A DNA stretch of 64,000 bases from Lama guanicoe (lineage: Eukaryota), in assembly GCA_013239625.1 (NCBI GenBank), contig MU053304.1, positions 1,922,001 through 1,986,000 of the forward strand, read 5' to 3'. The notes beneath the pieces are model-generated. The model made no database searches and was not told the origin of the DNA. It worked only from the letters and a program-made list of their open reading frames with translations. Below are positions 22,370-35,745 of this stretch, one piece after another. The position numbers and the translations under genes are program-made. Numbering within the stretch: the first letter of the stretch is position 1; each line of letters starts with the position of its first letter.

Positions 22370-25300
22370 GTAAGGGGACACCTGGGAGCTTTCAAGATAC
22401 ATATTTGCATAAGTATATATTGACATGTATAGACACGCCTCAAGGATGAAAGGGGACAGAACAAGTATATTTGCTAAAAATCCCCCTGAATTTCTGGTTT
22501 CAATTATATGTTTGTATGCAATGTATAGATCTATAAATCTCCATGTAATTTTTGAAGTAAATTAAATACATTCGGGCAGTGCTAGGCCTTCTTGCTTTGG
22601 TAGAGGTAGAGATTTTGGGAGAAGAAGTTATGGGCATATCTGTTAGCAGAATCAAGAGAAATGGAAGAAAGGGAAGGTAAGACAGAGTCATCTGTTTCCC
22701 AGTTGTGACCTAGTTCCCTCCTTAGACTCTGCCTTTCTCCAAGGCTGACAAAGGAGCTGTGGAAGTAAGAGAAAAGTAGGTGAAGGAGCGGAGAAGAGGC
22801 AGGGACTTGAAGGCCGACTCGCTGTTCCTGACCTTTGCAGACCAGACTTGAGCCCTGTCCCCTGCCTCTTCTTAGCAGCTGAGGTCACGTGGGTGTGGGC
22901 CAGGGGCCAAGAACATGTCCTGAGTGACGGGGTGCAGGAGTCGCACCAGCAAAGGACCAGCCATCACTGAGGCCAATCTCCATCGGTCTAGGGCTTCCTT
23001 AGAACAGTTCTGGCAGATGGAGTCCAGGGCCCCCCTGCCCTGAGCAGAGTGAGCTGGGGCACTCTGCACCTTACAAGGTGGCCCGTTCCATTCTGGGATG
23101 TCCATCCCTCTCACCACTTGCTACATCCAACTCCTGCATCCTTTCCTCCAGCCACTCGCCCCAGTTCTACACATATTTCCACCTGGGTTCATGTTATGTG
23201 AAAGTGGTTTCCTCAAATTCCCAGAGTATGATTTGTTTTAGACTGACGTGAAGAAGGGTGGCACAAGGACATTTTCTTTGGTGACACCTTCCAGTGGTCA
23301 TGTCAGCACATTTGGGACTAGTGATGTGAACCTGGACAAGTGAAAGGGCTGGGGCTCACCGACCACAGGGCAGCTGGAAGACACGTGCAGGGGCAGCTCA
23401 TGCTGGCTTGGACAGCCCGTGATTTTGATGTCTCAGGTGTAACGTTGCAGTGGCTTGAACGAACCGTTTTCTAATTAGACGTCTCCTGTAGGGGGCAGAG
23501 TGTGGTCAGGAACCCGGAAGGCAGCAGGGACGAGCATCTCTGCTACGTCTTCAAAAAGAAACACAAATGTGAGCCAAAGCCAAAGCCCAGCGCCCGCGGG
23601 AAGGGAGAGTGACTGGCGTGCAGTCGGGAGGGCAAGCGCGGGATTCTTTTCGCAAGCCTCCCCCGTGGGCTTTGCTTTCCGTCTTGGCCAGTGAGGACCT
23701 GCCTCTTTCTTTCCTGAGGGAAGCTTTATTTACCAACTTATGGGGAAAAAAATAAGGTAAAGGAAGCTGAGGGTTCTCCTGTGACTGTGAAGGCTAAGGA
23801 GGTGCAAACGCGTGTGGAACGATGTCAGCGGTGGGGAGCTCGTTTGATAAGGAGGTTCTAGAAGGGAGGGGTGTGGGCTGGGGGAAGGCAGCCGCTCGAG
23901 GCGGGGGAGCGCCAGGCCTTCTGAGTGGGTCTCCCACAAAGTCACTCGTACTATTCCCAGTGAACACTTCCGTGGCCCGATTCGTTCTCAGAAAGCTCAT
24001 CTTGGTGAAAGAGAGATGCCTTAACCGAGGAAACGAGGGCTGTTCTGGGAATTTTGGACGGATGAGGTGGTTAAGATTCCTAGAAGGTTTCCTCTTATAA
24101 CAGATGACTCTCTGGGGAAACTTTCCATCCGACAAGCAGTCGCAGTGTTGTCTTAAAACATGAATATTGGTGGCATGCAGCCCGCCCGTGGGTCCCATCT
24201 GCATGAATGAGAGGCTGCAGCTACGAGGGTCTGCCTGGTGGCTGAGAATGGACTCACAGAAAAGATGGTGGAAGTATTTAGCACCCGCCAGGTTACTTGG
24301 CAAACATTGCCAGAGTGCTTTGTTTTTTCCACAAAAAGAAGACCCAAAAGCCTTAGCAACTGTGCTAGTTTCAGCGCGGCTTCATTGTGGGTACCAGCTC
24401 CTGTGAAGAGCTCCGAGTGCCCCGCCCTGAGACAACACCACCGCCCTCTGCCCCCACCTCCGAGCGCCGCACCAGGTGCCTCCAAAGTGCGGAGTCTCCG
24501 CTGTCATTGATCTGTCAAGGCCTGCAGTGAATTTAAGGAAATTATGGCCGGTTGTCTTGTCTGAGACACTGTAATTACCTCTGGTGACTTTAAGCCAGGG
24601 ATTAGGCTGGAATTACTGGGGCCATTTATAGACCTACCACACTGTTATCTTGGAGAGAAACGTCTGGAAGCCAGTCTTGCAGATCACAAAGAGATGGTGG
24701 GAGTTGAGCCATCCATGGCAGGAGTGGGAATGGAAAGGCAGGCCGTCTTTTCTGTATCGCCTTGAGCCCCGGGGCTTTCCGTGACTGCTGTCACGGCTGT
24801 TGTGGTGACTTAGGAGTAGTTTGCTGGCATGTTTCTCTCTTTTTACTGTTTCTTAAGATGAGAAGTTACGTAGTTCAGCCTTCTACCTAATGCAAGAATT
24901 GGCTCCATAGTACAAAACAGAAAGAACTGTATTTGGTGGTTTAATTTTATTGTTTCTAATCATTTCTGTATCTTTTTATTGGCTCACCCATCAAAATAAA
25001 AAGCAATTCCGTTACTTCCTCATGACCCTCATTTGGTAGTGGAACTCATTTCTCTTTTGTCAGACGGGCTTTGGCCAGAGGATGGGTCACAGCTCCCAGG
25101 CGTGGGCGGTTTGTGATAAAGCCTTCCCTTGCTGTCCAGATAGCTTGCTGACCTGCGGAGATTTTTTTCAAGGGTTTACTGTAGCACCACAGGGAGCTCG
25201 CTCTCTCTGAAAACTGCTTCTGTTGCAAGGGTTGATTCTGATCTTTTCTTCTCTTTATGACAAAAAATGGATTGTTGGCCGCTACTTTTTGAACTTTGTC

Positions 25301-25437
25301 ACCAAGGTTGGCTGCTGCCTATTTGATGATTCCTTAATTAACTTACAGGTAAGTGTCAGGGCTCTTGGCTGGTGTGGGCCTTAAGTCTTCTTTAGATCCA
25401 GATAGTTTCCATGACCCTGTCTTTCAAGAGCAAGATT

Positions 25438-26024
25438 TGTGTATTAATCAGGGTTTTCCAGAGAAATAGAACCAATAGGATATGGCTATACATTTCTCTC
25501 TCTCTCTATATAATATATCGCTGTATATGTATATATGTAATGTATATATGTGTATATAAATATAAAATTTGTGTATATATGATTTTATTATTATATACAC
25601 ACACACATATAAATCAATAAGGAGATTTATTTTAAGGAATGGGTTCACTGTGGCTCCACTCACTGGGGAGTCCTGGGGAGTCCACGCTCTGATGGGATGA
25701 TGGAAGAAGCTGGTGGGTTGCAGTTCTAGCACAGAGGCCGTCTGCTGGGGAGCCAGGAAGAGCTGATGTTGCAGATGAAATCTGAAGGCCATCCCCTGGC
25801 AGAATTCCTCTTGCTCAGAGAGGTCAGCGTTTTCTTCTGTTTGAACCTCAACTGATTGGATGAGGCCCACCCTCATGGAAGGCAGTCTGCTTTATTCTAA
25901 GTCCACCGGTTTAAATGTTAATCTCACCCAAAAACACTATCATAGAAGCATCCAGAATAGTGTTTGGTCAGTTATCTAGGCCCCCATGGTCCAGCCAAGT
26001 TGGCATATTAAATGAACCATCACA
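25438..26024 (-). mobile_element. ERVL solo LTR (MLT2-like) with internal TA/CA tract
   Basis: tgtattaatcagggttttccagagaaatagaacc...aaccatcaca, with exact 5-bp TSD agatt at 25433-25437 and 26025-26029. Confidence 0.88.
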
Positions 26025-29000
26025 AGATTCTCTCCATTTTTTCCAGCTATTGTTTCCTTTCTACCTAATTGCATCCTTTACCCACGAAGTTAAAGGATTG
26101 GTTTTCAATTGTAGTCTGCCCAAGATCTGCTTGAGGCCCTTGACAAAGGGTCATATTCCAGGCCCCTCACTCAGACTATGATGCCTTTTGTTGGGCAGCC
26201 AGGCAAATCTGACGCAATGGTGGAGGGTGGACCAGAGTTCTGGAAATAGAGGTCTCAGAGGCAGTGCCTACCATCCTCCTGTTCTTGCTCATTCCCTAAA
26301 GCAATTATGAACCATATTTTTATTCAGAGATTTCCTGTTCATTATTTTAAAGTCACATGGAGTTAATAAGAAAGATAAATGCTGATAAATGATACAGCGG
26401 TTTAATGTATATCCCAAAGTCTTCCTGTTTGTCGGCCCCGGTCTCTACTGGTACGTAGATCGCGTCAGGCCTCCATTCTTAGACGGTTCCTTAGAAATCT
26501 CTCTAGCACTTGCCTTTGGATCCGTCATCCTTAGACCATTTGGACTGGAAACTAGAGCTGACCACTCAGACTTAGTTTTGAGGGAGAACTGAGCTAGTTT
26601 CATGGCTCGGAGCCCTTCTCAGTCCCTTCTGGAGCCCGTGTCTTGCTTCTGTCTTGAGGTGTGGGTCTGTGCATGAGAAAAACGCCAGTGTGTTGGCTTC
26701 CAAAGATTCCTTGCCTCCTGTGGTTTCCCTTTTCAGCCTTGGAAGGCAAAGGCCCAGGCTCTAGGAAGTCTCAGTCTTCCTACAGCTGAGTGCCTCTGGT
26801 CGGTTTTGGTTTATTGGAAAACCAAAAACCACTAACCTGAACTGGCCGCTTTGTCTGTTGTGTGGTAACACCTGCTGCCCTTGTTCGACAGCTCACGTGG
26901 CCAAGCGAGGGGACACTCTCCTTCCAGGAGCCCAGCTGCCTTCTATCAGCAACCCCCTCTGTCTTCTTTTTCTGTTTCAAAAGCATGTGCCTCTTTGTTT
27001 GGGCTCCCAGGAAATTCCCGTCTCTGAGGCTTGTTTATTTCAGATCTCGGTCCCAGAGCAGAGGGATGAGCAGGTCGTGAGCTGGGCACACGAGCACCCC
27101 TTCCAGCTCCCAGCCTCAGCCCCTCTCACGTGCCCCTGAGTCCTCCCTCACATCTGCAGGGTGTTGCTCATGCTGTTTGCTCCATCTGGAACATGCAGCT
27201 GCGGCACCAACTGACCCCAGCCCTCCGCCCCTGCCCTCCCACCTTCTTAACTATACGGAAGGCTCAGCACAAAATCTTCTTCCTTCTGGAAGCTGTCCCA
27301 GCCCCCTCAGTGCCAACTCCCTCCTCTCAAGCCCTATAACATTTTATTTTTCTTATCAGACTCTTGAGATTTGATTTAGGCTTATATTTCTTTACGTCCA
27401 TTATTATTCGCAGTCACTTCACTGTGTACTCGACTGCACAAGCGGAGTTGCTGCCTGTTGTGGGCCTGGCACTGCCCTAGGTTCCAGGTGATGCATCTGC
27501 TTGGATAAGACATGGCCTTTGGGAAGGCGTTGGAAGGTCGGTGGCTGGGAGCCAGATGAGTAAACCATCGGGTAGAGCAGTGTGATGTGTGCTTTGAGAG
27601 AGGCTTGCAGGGGTGTTCTGGGAGCTCAGAGGAATGTCCAGCTCAGATGCGGGGTCACTGGGAGCTTCCCAGGGGAGTCTCAGCTGGTGAGTTTCCTTGA
27701 CATTAAGATCCGTGTCTGGGTCCTTCCGCATCCGTTGTAACAACTAACATGGTGCATTCCGCATGGGAGATGCTCAATAGGAACTAAATGAACAGAATAA
27801 AGAAAAGAACAAAAATGTGATGGGAAACCAGTTCTCTGAGTTTTCAGTTGGATCTGTAATTTGGATTATAGGTTTGGTAAATATGGAAACATGGAACGGA
27901 TTCGGCATATTTGTTTTATAAACTCATGAATCAGAATATATTCTCTGATCTCTGGCCTTCTCACAGACAGCGTGACCCAGGATGGCGTAGAAACCCCTTA
28001 GGAGCATTTTAAGCAGTGTTGCCAATCCTTTCCTATCATTTATAAAAGAAATAGGTTGGAATAATTTGAACCAATGGAATCGTTGATGCCATCCTCCTGT
28101 TGCTTCGAAACCGCTGGCGAACTCCGCTTGATGTAAGGAGGTCACAGCGTGCCGGGGTTGGGGGGCAGAAGTAGATGTCATATTCTCTCACCCATCACTT
28201 TCTTGAGGGCTCATTTTCCATCATCGTTAGTGTGAACATAAAGGCCCTTGTGAGACCTTGAAAAGGAACAGTGACCTGGTAGGGTTGTGAGAAAGAAGTG
28301 TGGGAGAGCGCAGACGGGAAAGCCCATCAAAGAATTGAAAGAAAGGCATTGACTGTATCCTTCTCAGCATCAAAACGGCAGCTGGCAGTCAGGATGTGGA
28401 GTTGCTTTTAAATAGTTCTGCTCAGTATATGGTGGGGCTAGGTCCCCCATGGTTCCGCCAGCACTGGAGCGGAATTTCTCCCTTAAATAAGAGATGAAAC
28501 ACAGCCAGAGAGGGTCAGAGTAGAACCCCAGTGGATAGGAAAATACTTGATGAACCAGGGGTGACAGAGAAAAAAGACTAATTTATTCTAAGAAATTGTT
28601 CTTCTAAGGGGAGAGGGGCCCTTCTCTGGACTGAATAAATAGCTTATTGACAATGCTCATTAAAAACTTTTGAGCCAGAGAATAGATGCTTTGGCCTGAT
28701 GCCAAAATGAGGGTGTCTGAGGTACGTTTATTTGCTAATACAAGATGAGTGATCTTTCCCACAGCTTTTACTTGCAAAAACCACTTTGTGGGCCTTTGAG
28801 AGAGAAAGTACTTTTGTGGACACTAAAAATAGAATAATAAGTATTAGAAACATGCTAAACACAGAGATGATAAAGTCAGTGCAGCCCAGCTGTCGCTGTT
28901 TCCATGGTAGAGGACGAGCCCGCCTAGAATTTCAGGGACTTGTCCCTAAATTGCCATTCTTGGTGTTACTGTCATTAAAAAGCCATTGCTGCCTTTTATG

Positions 29001-29324
29001 TTAGAGACAGAAGGATGATCATATTGCTGTCTGTAACAAAAACATGACAACATATTTGAGTCATTTATTATAAATTATTTAAAGAGAGAATGGTAAAACT
29101 AAGTCCCAAAGGATAGGTGCTTTTTTCAGGTTTCTCTTTGGCACCAGCATTTTCCAGAAGGTTGAAGTGTATCTCCCCACGCTGACAGAGAGTTGTAGAG
29201 GCACTGTTGGCCAGTGGTGTTCCAGATACATTAGTGTGAGGATTATTATCAGTGGTGACATTTCCAGAGTCAAGACATTTAGAGTGGAAGGTGGTTTTCG
29301 AGGTCTCTCCACCTATTTTGTTTG

Positions 29325-29445
29325 AAACACCAGGAAACCGAGGGCTATGAGAGATTTAAGCCATTTGCCCAAAGCCCAAGAGCTAATTCGTGGTAGAGGC
29401 AGGGGAAGAATGAAGGGAGATTTCTGGACTTTTGTTCTGGGGTCC
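29325..29445 (-). mobile_element. MIR fragment
   Basis: ggaaaccgaggg...gatttaagccatttgcccaaagccc, MIR core. Confidence 0.6.
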
Positions 29446-29994
29446 CTCCTGCTGGGCAGTGCCGTCTCTAGCTGGACATTTGGTGTTATAATCTTACTGC
29501 TTGTTTAGTGTCTTCACGAGAAATTTTACTGTTCACTGCAGGGAAAACCAGGCATCATCAGGTTGAAAACTTTTCAAACGATTTGACCTTATGATCTTCA
29601 GGTGCAACACTTCTTCAACTTCTATGTGCACTAATGGGAATCTTGTTAAAATACAAGTGGGTCTAGGGTGGGGCTTGAGGTGAGATGCTAATGACCTTGT
29701 GAAATGCCACGGAAATCAGAGCAAGACATTGGAGGTCACCGTTCTCAAGATCCTTCAGAGAGACTTAGAAGATTGAGCAGCCTCAGTCCCACGGTTTCCT
29801 CGGCATAAGTCACAATAGGGAACTAAGCTTTCTGGGACTGCCTTAGTCTAGAGCAGTGTTTGAGACAATCATGATATAGGTGACACGAGTACCGCTGGGA
29901 AAGAGGAAGTCCCTGCAGGTGTGGCAGGCCGCCTTTGACAAGCAGCCCAGGAACTCACTGCTTTAGATTACTTTCCCTCCCAGTGTTACCGATG

Positions 29995-30207
29995 GGTAAT
30001 TGACTTATGACATTGCGTTAGTTTCAGGTGTACAACAAAATGGTCTGATACACGCATATACTGGGAAATGATCGCCACCGTAAGTTTAGTTACCATCCAC
30101 CACCTCACATAGTTACAGATTGTTTTTCTTCTGATGAGGACTTTTAAGATCTACTCTCTTAGCAATTTTCAGATCTACATCGCAGTCTTGTTAACTGTAG
30201 TCTGCAT
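29995..30207 (-). mobile_element. L1MA/MB-type 3' end
   Basis: gtttcaggtgtacaac...ttttaagatctactctcttagcaattttca...ttaactgtagtc. Confidence 0.8.
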
Positions 30208-30660
30208 TGTGAAGGAAAAATACTGCCTGCCATACCAGTAAACAAAGGATGCTGCAGCCATCAGGTCATCAGCCACTACACCGCCCTCAACAGTGAGCCG
30301 GAGGGAGCTCAGGACGGAGACAAGCAGGCAGCCCAGCCTCTGCCACCACCCCCAGTGGTGCCCCGAGGGGACTCAGGATGTGGAAGAACAGGATCCTGGC
30401 CCTAGCTGGCCAGGTGCATATCAAAGGAATGATTTCAATGAGCCCTGACTTTTGTATCTTCCCATACATAGAGTATCGCTAAATTCCTTAACTTGAGATA
30501 TCTGGTTTTCTCCAATTAACAGTAATCTTTTGATGTTCCGACTACCTGGTCTTTGTTACAAAACTCCTATATTTCTTGGTGGACTTGCTTCCCTTGTCTT
30601 TCGTGTCCCTGAGATGCTTATCCTGTCATCCTGTTTTTCGGTCCATAACTCAGCTGAATG
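30208..30660 (+). mobile_element. ERV1-type LTR (artiodactyl), decayed 3' part
   Basis: Starts with TG (tgtgaaggaaaa) abruptly within the L1 fragment. gtgcatatcaaaggaatgatttc...ttcccatacatag...cttgagatatctggtttt resembles cetartiodactyl ERV1 LTRs as recalled. Subfamily and right end are uncertain. Confidence 0.6.
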
Positions 30661-31689
30661 TGGGCCCCGGGGAATAAAGTAGCTGAATGGCTCTGCCCGT
30701 GGCATCTGGGGGCTCACTGTGCTCCCTGGAGAGAAAACATCTGCCAAAGGGCCGAGTCTGCAGAACCACGGTTTGTCCCTTAGCCATGTTTCCTAGGAAA
30801 AAAGATGTTCCATGAAAAAGGGGGTCGTTAGGTTACAGCTGAAACAATCCCAGAGGTGTTTCCGAGGCAGCCGCTGGGGCTGGCATGTGGCGGGTGTGCC
30901 CCGGGCACATCTTCCACTTCGTCACGTGGAAGGTTAAAAAAGACGTGTATTCACGGTTGAGGTTTCAAAAAGTTTAATTTGAATGCTTCATCCAGGACAT
31001 TCTGAGTGCAACTGGCTTTTCCCCTGCTGTACAAGCCTGAAGATGCTGAAGATTCAGAGACCGTTGCTACAGAGTCACGGCTTTGTGGGCGCGAAGGCAT
31101 CAGTGCCTCCTCACCACTGTGTTTGCATCTGTAGGGCCAAGGCCAACAGAGTGGAAAAGGCACGTCGTGTTTTCCTATTATTGTGAGATAGTTTTGACCT
31201 TGTGATCCCCTGACAGGGTCTCAGGCCCCTCCCTGAAAGGTCCAGAAGCCACATATTGAGGACCCTCCCTGGTCCAAGCCTTGCCTCTGACTTTTTTCTC
31301 AGGACCTTTTTATTTGCTTTTGACACCTTCAACTTATTTTTCTAAACACCCCTGGTTGGTGTGGGACAATTCTGTTTTCTCTCCTTGACCTTGAAAAGCC
31401 ATTTGCAACATCCGTTGCTCCTCCATGGGGATTCTCAGAATGGCTTCTTCAGATCAGCGCTGCCTCGGTTTGCTCAAAGCCAGTCTGACAAGTTCTCCAT
31501 CTTTGCTCCTTCGCCCCCTGCACCCGGGTGCCTCAAGCAAAAGCCCTTCTCTCCCTTCCTTCTCTCCCTTCCTTCTCTCTTCTCCTCTGCCAGCCGCCGG
31601 CTCAGAGCCACATCAACCAACTGAACATTTCCCTAAAATCCTGATAAAAAAAGCTGAAATGAAAGCTGGCTAATGAAAATAACGTCTTC

Positions 31690-32165
31690 TAAAGTGGTTT
31701 CCTTTCCGCTAAATATCGTGGCAAGCTTTTTAGATTGTAAGGAGGATTAAGGAAATGGAGTGACTGTTTTTCTGAACACTGGCCTGCTTCCCTGGAGAGG
31801 GGAGGCCCCAGAATTGATTTTGCTGTTGCGGGGACAGCAATGGTGGTGGGGAGAAAGCTGGGTTACCGGGAGCAAGGAAGAGCTTGGGGAACCGGTGTGC
31901 CTGGCCTTTTTGATAAACTTGGCATTGAATGGCAGGAGGGAGAGAGAGATGGTATCTTGAGTGGGAAATTGGGTCAAAAGAAGTTTTTGCTTTGAGTAGT
32001 GGATACATTGCACTGAAATAAGCCCAAGGCGAGAAACTGACAGACTGAGAGTGGGCAGGTGGGGTGCAGTTAGTGGGTGAAGGGCCTGGAGGAGGTGGAG
32101 TCAGGAGAGGCATGGAGGGCTTCAGAAAAGGGATGGGAAGCTTCCTTCTCTGAGGCAAGTGATGT
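31690..32165 (-). mobile_element. L2 fragment
   Basis: Purine-rich decayed antisense L2-like sequence (ggagaggggaggccccagaattga...gggtcaaaagaagtttt...ggcttcagaaaagggatgggaagcttcc). Confidence 0.5.
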
Positions 32166-32199
32166 CAGGCATAGGCTTGCCAGAGCTTTTAAAACAAGA

Positions 32200-32990
32200 T
32201 TTGTTTTTAACATTGAGGTGAAATTCGTATAATATAAAATTAGCCATTGTAATGTAAGCAATTCAGTGGCATTTGGTACATTCATACTGTTGTGCAGCCA
32301 GCACCTTGATCTAGTTTCAGAGCATCTTCATCACCCCAAAAGTAGCGCTGTACCCATTAAGCAGTCACTCCCCATTGCTTCCCCCACCCCCGACAACTGC
32401 TGATCGGCATTCTCTCTCTGCAGATTTACCTATTCTGGATATTTCATATAAATGGAATCATACAGTATGTGACCTTTTGTGGGTGGCTTCATTCCCTGAG
32501 CATCATGTGTTCCAGTCCATCCGTGTTGTAGCATGTGTCAGTAGTTCATCCTTTTTTATGGCCACATAATGTTCCTTTGTGTGGATAGACCAACATTTGT
32601 TTATCCATTTACCGTTGATGGATGTTTGAAATGTTTCCAGCTTTTGGCTGTTGTGGTTAGTGCTGCAGTGAACACGTATGTATGAGGATTTGTTTGAGTA
32701 CCTAGTTGTCATTCTTTTCTTAGACGTCTACTTAAGGAGTGGGATTGTTGGGTCATATGGTAATTCTGTGTTTAACTTTTGGACTGTTTTCCACAGTGGC
32801 CGAACCATTTTACATTCCTACCAGCGACACGTGAGGACTCAAATTTTTCCACCTACTTCTCAACACTTGCTAGTTTCTGTTTGTTTGTTTTTTCTAATTA
32901 ATTTTTGCCATTCTAGTGTGTGTGAAGCAGTATCTCTTGTGGTTTTGATTTGCATTTTTCTAATAACTAATGCTATTGATCATCAGAATT
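32200..32990 (-). mobile_element. L1MB-type 3' fragment
   Basis: caattcagtggcatttggtacattc...cctattctggatatttcatataaatggaatcatac...gtggttttgatttgcattt. Confidence 0.88.
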
Positions 32991-35033
32991 TTTAAAAATC
33001 ATATTATGTTTTTCATGTCTTAAAATTTTTTTTTTTAATTTTCCCATCAAGATTGAATTCCAGTTACACCCCTTGTTTAGGAGATTATAGGAGGCACAAT
33101 CTTGGTTACAGGGAAGGAAATAATTGCAGGCACCACGTGGCTGAGTTCTGGAACGGCAGCCCCTGGGGATTCCGGATGGAGGCAGGGGGTTCCGTTTGGC
33201 TGGGCTACCTTGAATATGGGTCGAGGCGAGGTCAGCCCTGGGGTATCTGCTCTGTCCTAGGCTGTCATTGGCATGAAAAGTGTTTAGAAACTTGGTTCAT
33301 TTCTAGGGAGTGTGAGAGAAGACAGATTCAGAGAAGATGGTACGCTAATATTGCCTCGACTGGAAACTAGCCAGGAAACCACCATCTCTGTGGGGATGGG
33401 ACAGGACAGGCGGCACCACACCTGTCAGACTGTCACGAGTCATGTACGGCTTTCTTCCTTCAGACTGCCTTTCCCTTGTACTCCAAGAACAGTGCCAAGG
33501 AACCTGGCCCAAACCTGCGTGTCTGTTACTCATTCTGTGTTCAACTTCCTTTCACATAATGGGCTTTTGGAGGCAAGGATCAGCATTTAATTGAGCTCCA
33601 AGTGTGTGTCCCTTCCAAGTTCACACTGGAGGAGAATTTCTAGTTCAGTGATAATCCTGCAGTTGAATGGGCTATTTCCAAGTCAGTAAGGGATGGAGAA
33701 GCTGGCTCCGGAAGGGAGTGAGGAAGCTCTCCCTGGAGCACAGCAGCTGCTCTGTAGCAGAGACGCAGAGCAAGGTTACTGCAGGCCCCTGGGGACCACT
33801 GATGTGAATGCCGTCAACCCTCTTCTCTACGCCTGTGGTTGGTTTCCACATGCTTCTGGGCAGAAGATGCGCGCCATGTCTTAGCCTCCGGCAGAGGTGA
33901 CTGTGTGATGTGTGCAGGGACACTGAGGGCTCCAGTTGGAGGGAGTGTGCAGAGGACACTGGTGTCACAGTCTTCCAGGAATCAGCAGAGGCCCCGGCAA
34001 ATGTGGGAACTTCCAGAAAGCAAAGGTCATTATTATGTAGGACAGCAGAACTGTCGTTTACCCATCTTGTTTTCACACAGTCACGACATTTTGGCAGGAA
34101 ACTCAGAGAACGAGGCACATGAACAGAGGAAATGCCCATAGCAGCTTATGCAATATTATTTATACTTTCCATAAATAATCATGCATGTGTGTTTAGGTCT
34201 ATGTCTGCAGAAAAACTTAAACATTTTGCTTTTTTTCTTCCTTCTGTCTTTGCAGTACAATTCGGTAAGTGCTTTCCTAGCTTCCCTGCCGTGTTTTGGT
34301 TTTTCCATTTCTTTATATGCTCTCTTCCTTACATTTTACCTTAATCCTTTCCTTGGTTGTAACCTGGTCTCAGTTTGATTTAGTATACGTTTAAGTGACA
34401 GTAAGCAAAGTGCAATAGGTAATCGCCATCAGATGGTGTCTGTAGCAGAGAGTTGAGCAAAGTCATAAAAATCAAGCAAACCAAACACCGATGCAAGAGG
34501 CATTCATGGTTAGTGGAAACTAAAATATGAGAAGACTGGGTTACGTGTCGTGAAAGCGCTGCTGACGAGATGAGAGCACAGTCTGCTGGGCAGTTTGTAG
34601 GCGACTGGAGTGGACCATGTCTGCCGTTAGTTTGAACTTGGATTAGGTTAAGGAAGGGGCCGCCCCAAGGGCCAAGGCCACAGACTGTGCAAATTTGTAC
34701 TGGAATCTGGTCACCCTTCTTTCGGCTTGAATTATTTTCATTGATTTTTAAACCAAAGTTTCCTCTTCTATTTTAAGGATTTCTCCACACATGGAAGATT
34801 TAAGGGATTAAAAAATGATATCATGTTGTGATATCTAAAATCAGAAAGCAGCATCCAAATTCGACTTTTGCCTGAGGGCAATTTTAAGTTGTTAAAATAA
34901 ATAAAAATATAAGAGGTGCAGGCTTTCATATTTAGATTAGCATAAAATTATGCTTCCATTTCTACCATAAGAACAATTCACTTTGCAGTTTAATCAAAAA
35001 TACTTCATTGCATTTTTTTTTAGCTTAAAAAGA

Positions 35034-35162
35034 TTTTTTTTTTGAGGGCGGAGGTAATTAGGTTTATTTATTATTATTATTTTAAATGGAGGTACCAGGG
35101 ATTGAACCCAGGACCTCATGCATGCTGAGCACTGCACTTGACCACTGAGCTATACCCTCCCC
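35034..35162 (-). mobile_element. tRNA-Ala-derived SINE (Vic-1-like)
   Basis: ggaggtaattaggtttattt...ggaggtaccagggattgaacccaggacctc...ccactgagctataccctcccc. Confidence 0.92.
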
Positions 35163-35574
35163 ATTTATTTGGCTTGGCTGAAATTCACAGAATGCTAATG
35201 AGACATCAGTTCCACTGCCATATCCTGGTAGGAAGGATCTTCCCCTCATCACGTCCCTGTACATTGGACATTTTCCTCACTGAAATTATTGGCTGGGGAT
35301 ATTGAGGCTCTCAGAAGTTAAGTGACTTAATTTCAGTAAAGGTTGAAATTTAAAAAATTTTATACTTCTAAAGGTACTAGCGTTTTATTGGTTTGGATCG
35401 GTTGAGAAGTGTGTGGAGCCTATTCTTATTGTCATCTAGTCAGAGAGGGAATTCAAGGCTGCAGCAAATATCTATGTGCTTAAAGAGAGTGCATCATTCC
35501 TGTACGGGCTTCCCTCGGTCTGGGCGATGTCAGCATGGGCTTCCACACTTGTTCCGACATCCTGATGAAGCAGG

Positions 35575-35745
35575 AGGCATGGTGGCCCAGCGGAGGTCAA
35601 TGGATATGGGGCAGTTTAGGGGTCAGGACCTGACTCCTGCACTTACTGAAGCTGTGTCGCTTAATTCCCTCGAGCCTCCATATCCCGGTCCAATAATGGG
35701 AAAGATGAAAACGTTCATATCACAGGGCAGTGGCACATGTAGGAC
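35575..35745 (+). mobile_element. MIR
   Basis: ctgcacttactgaagctgtg...cttaattccctcgagcctcc...aataatgggaaagatgaaa. Confidence 0.55.
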
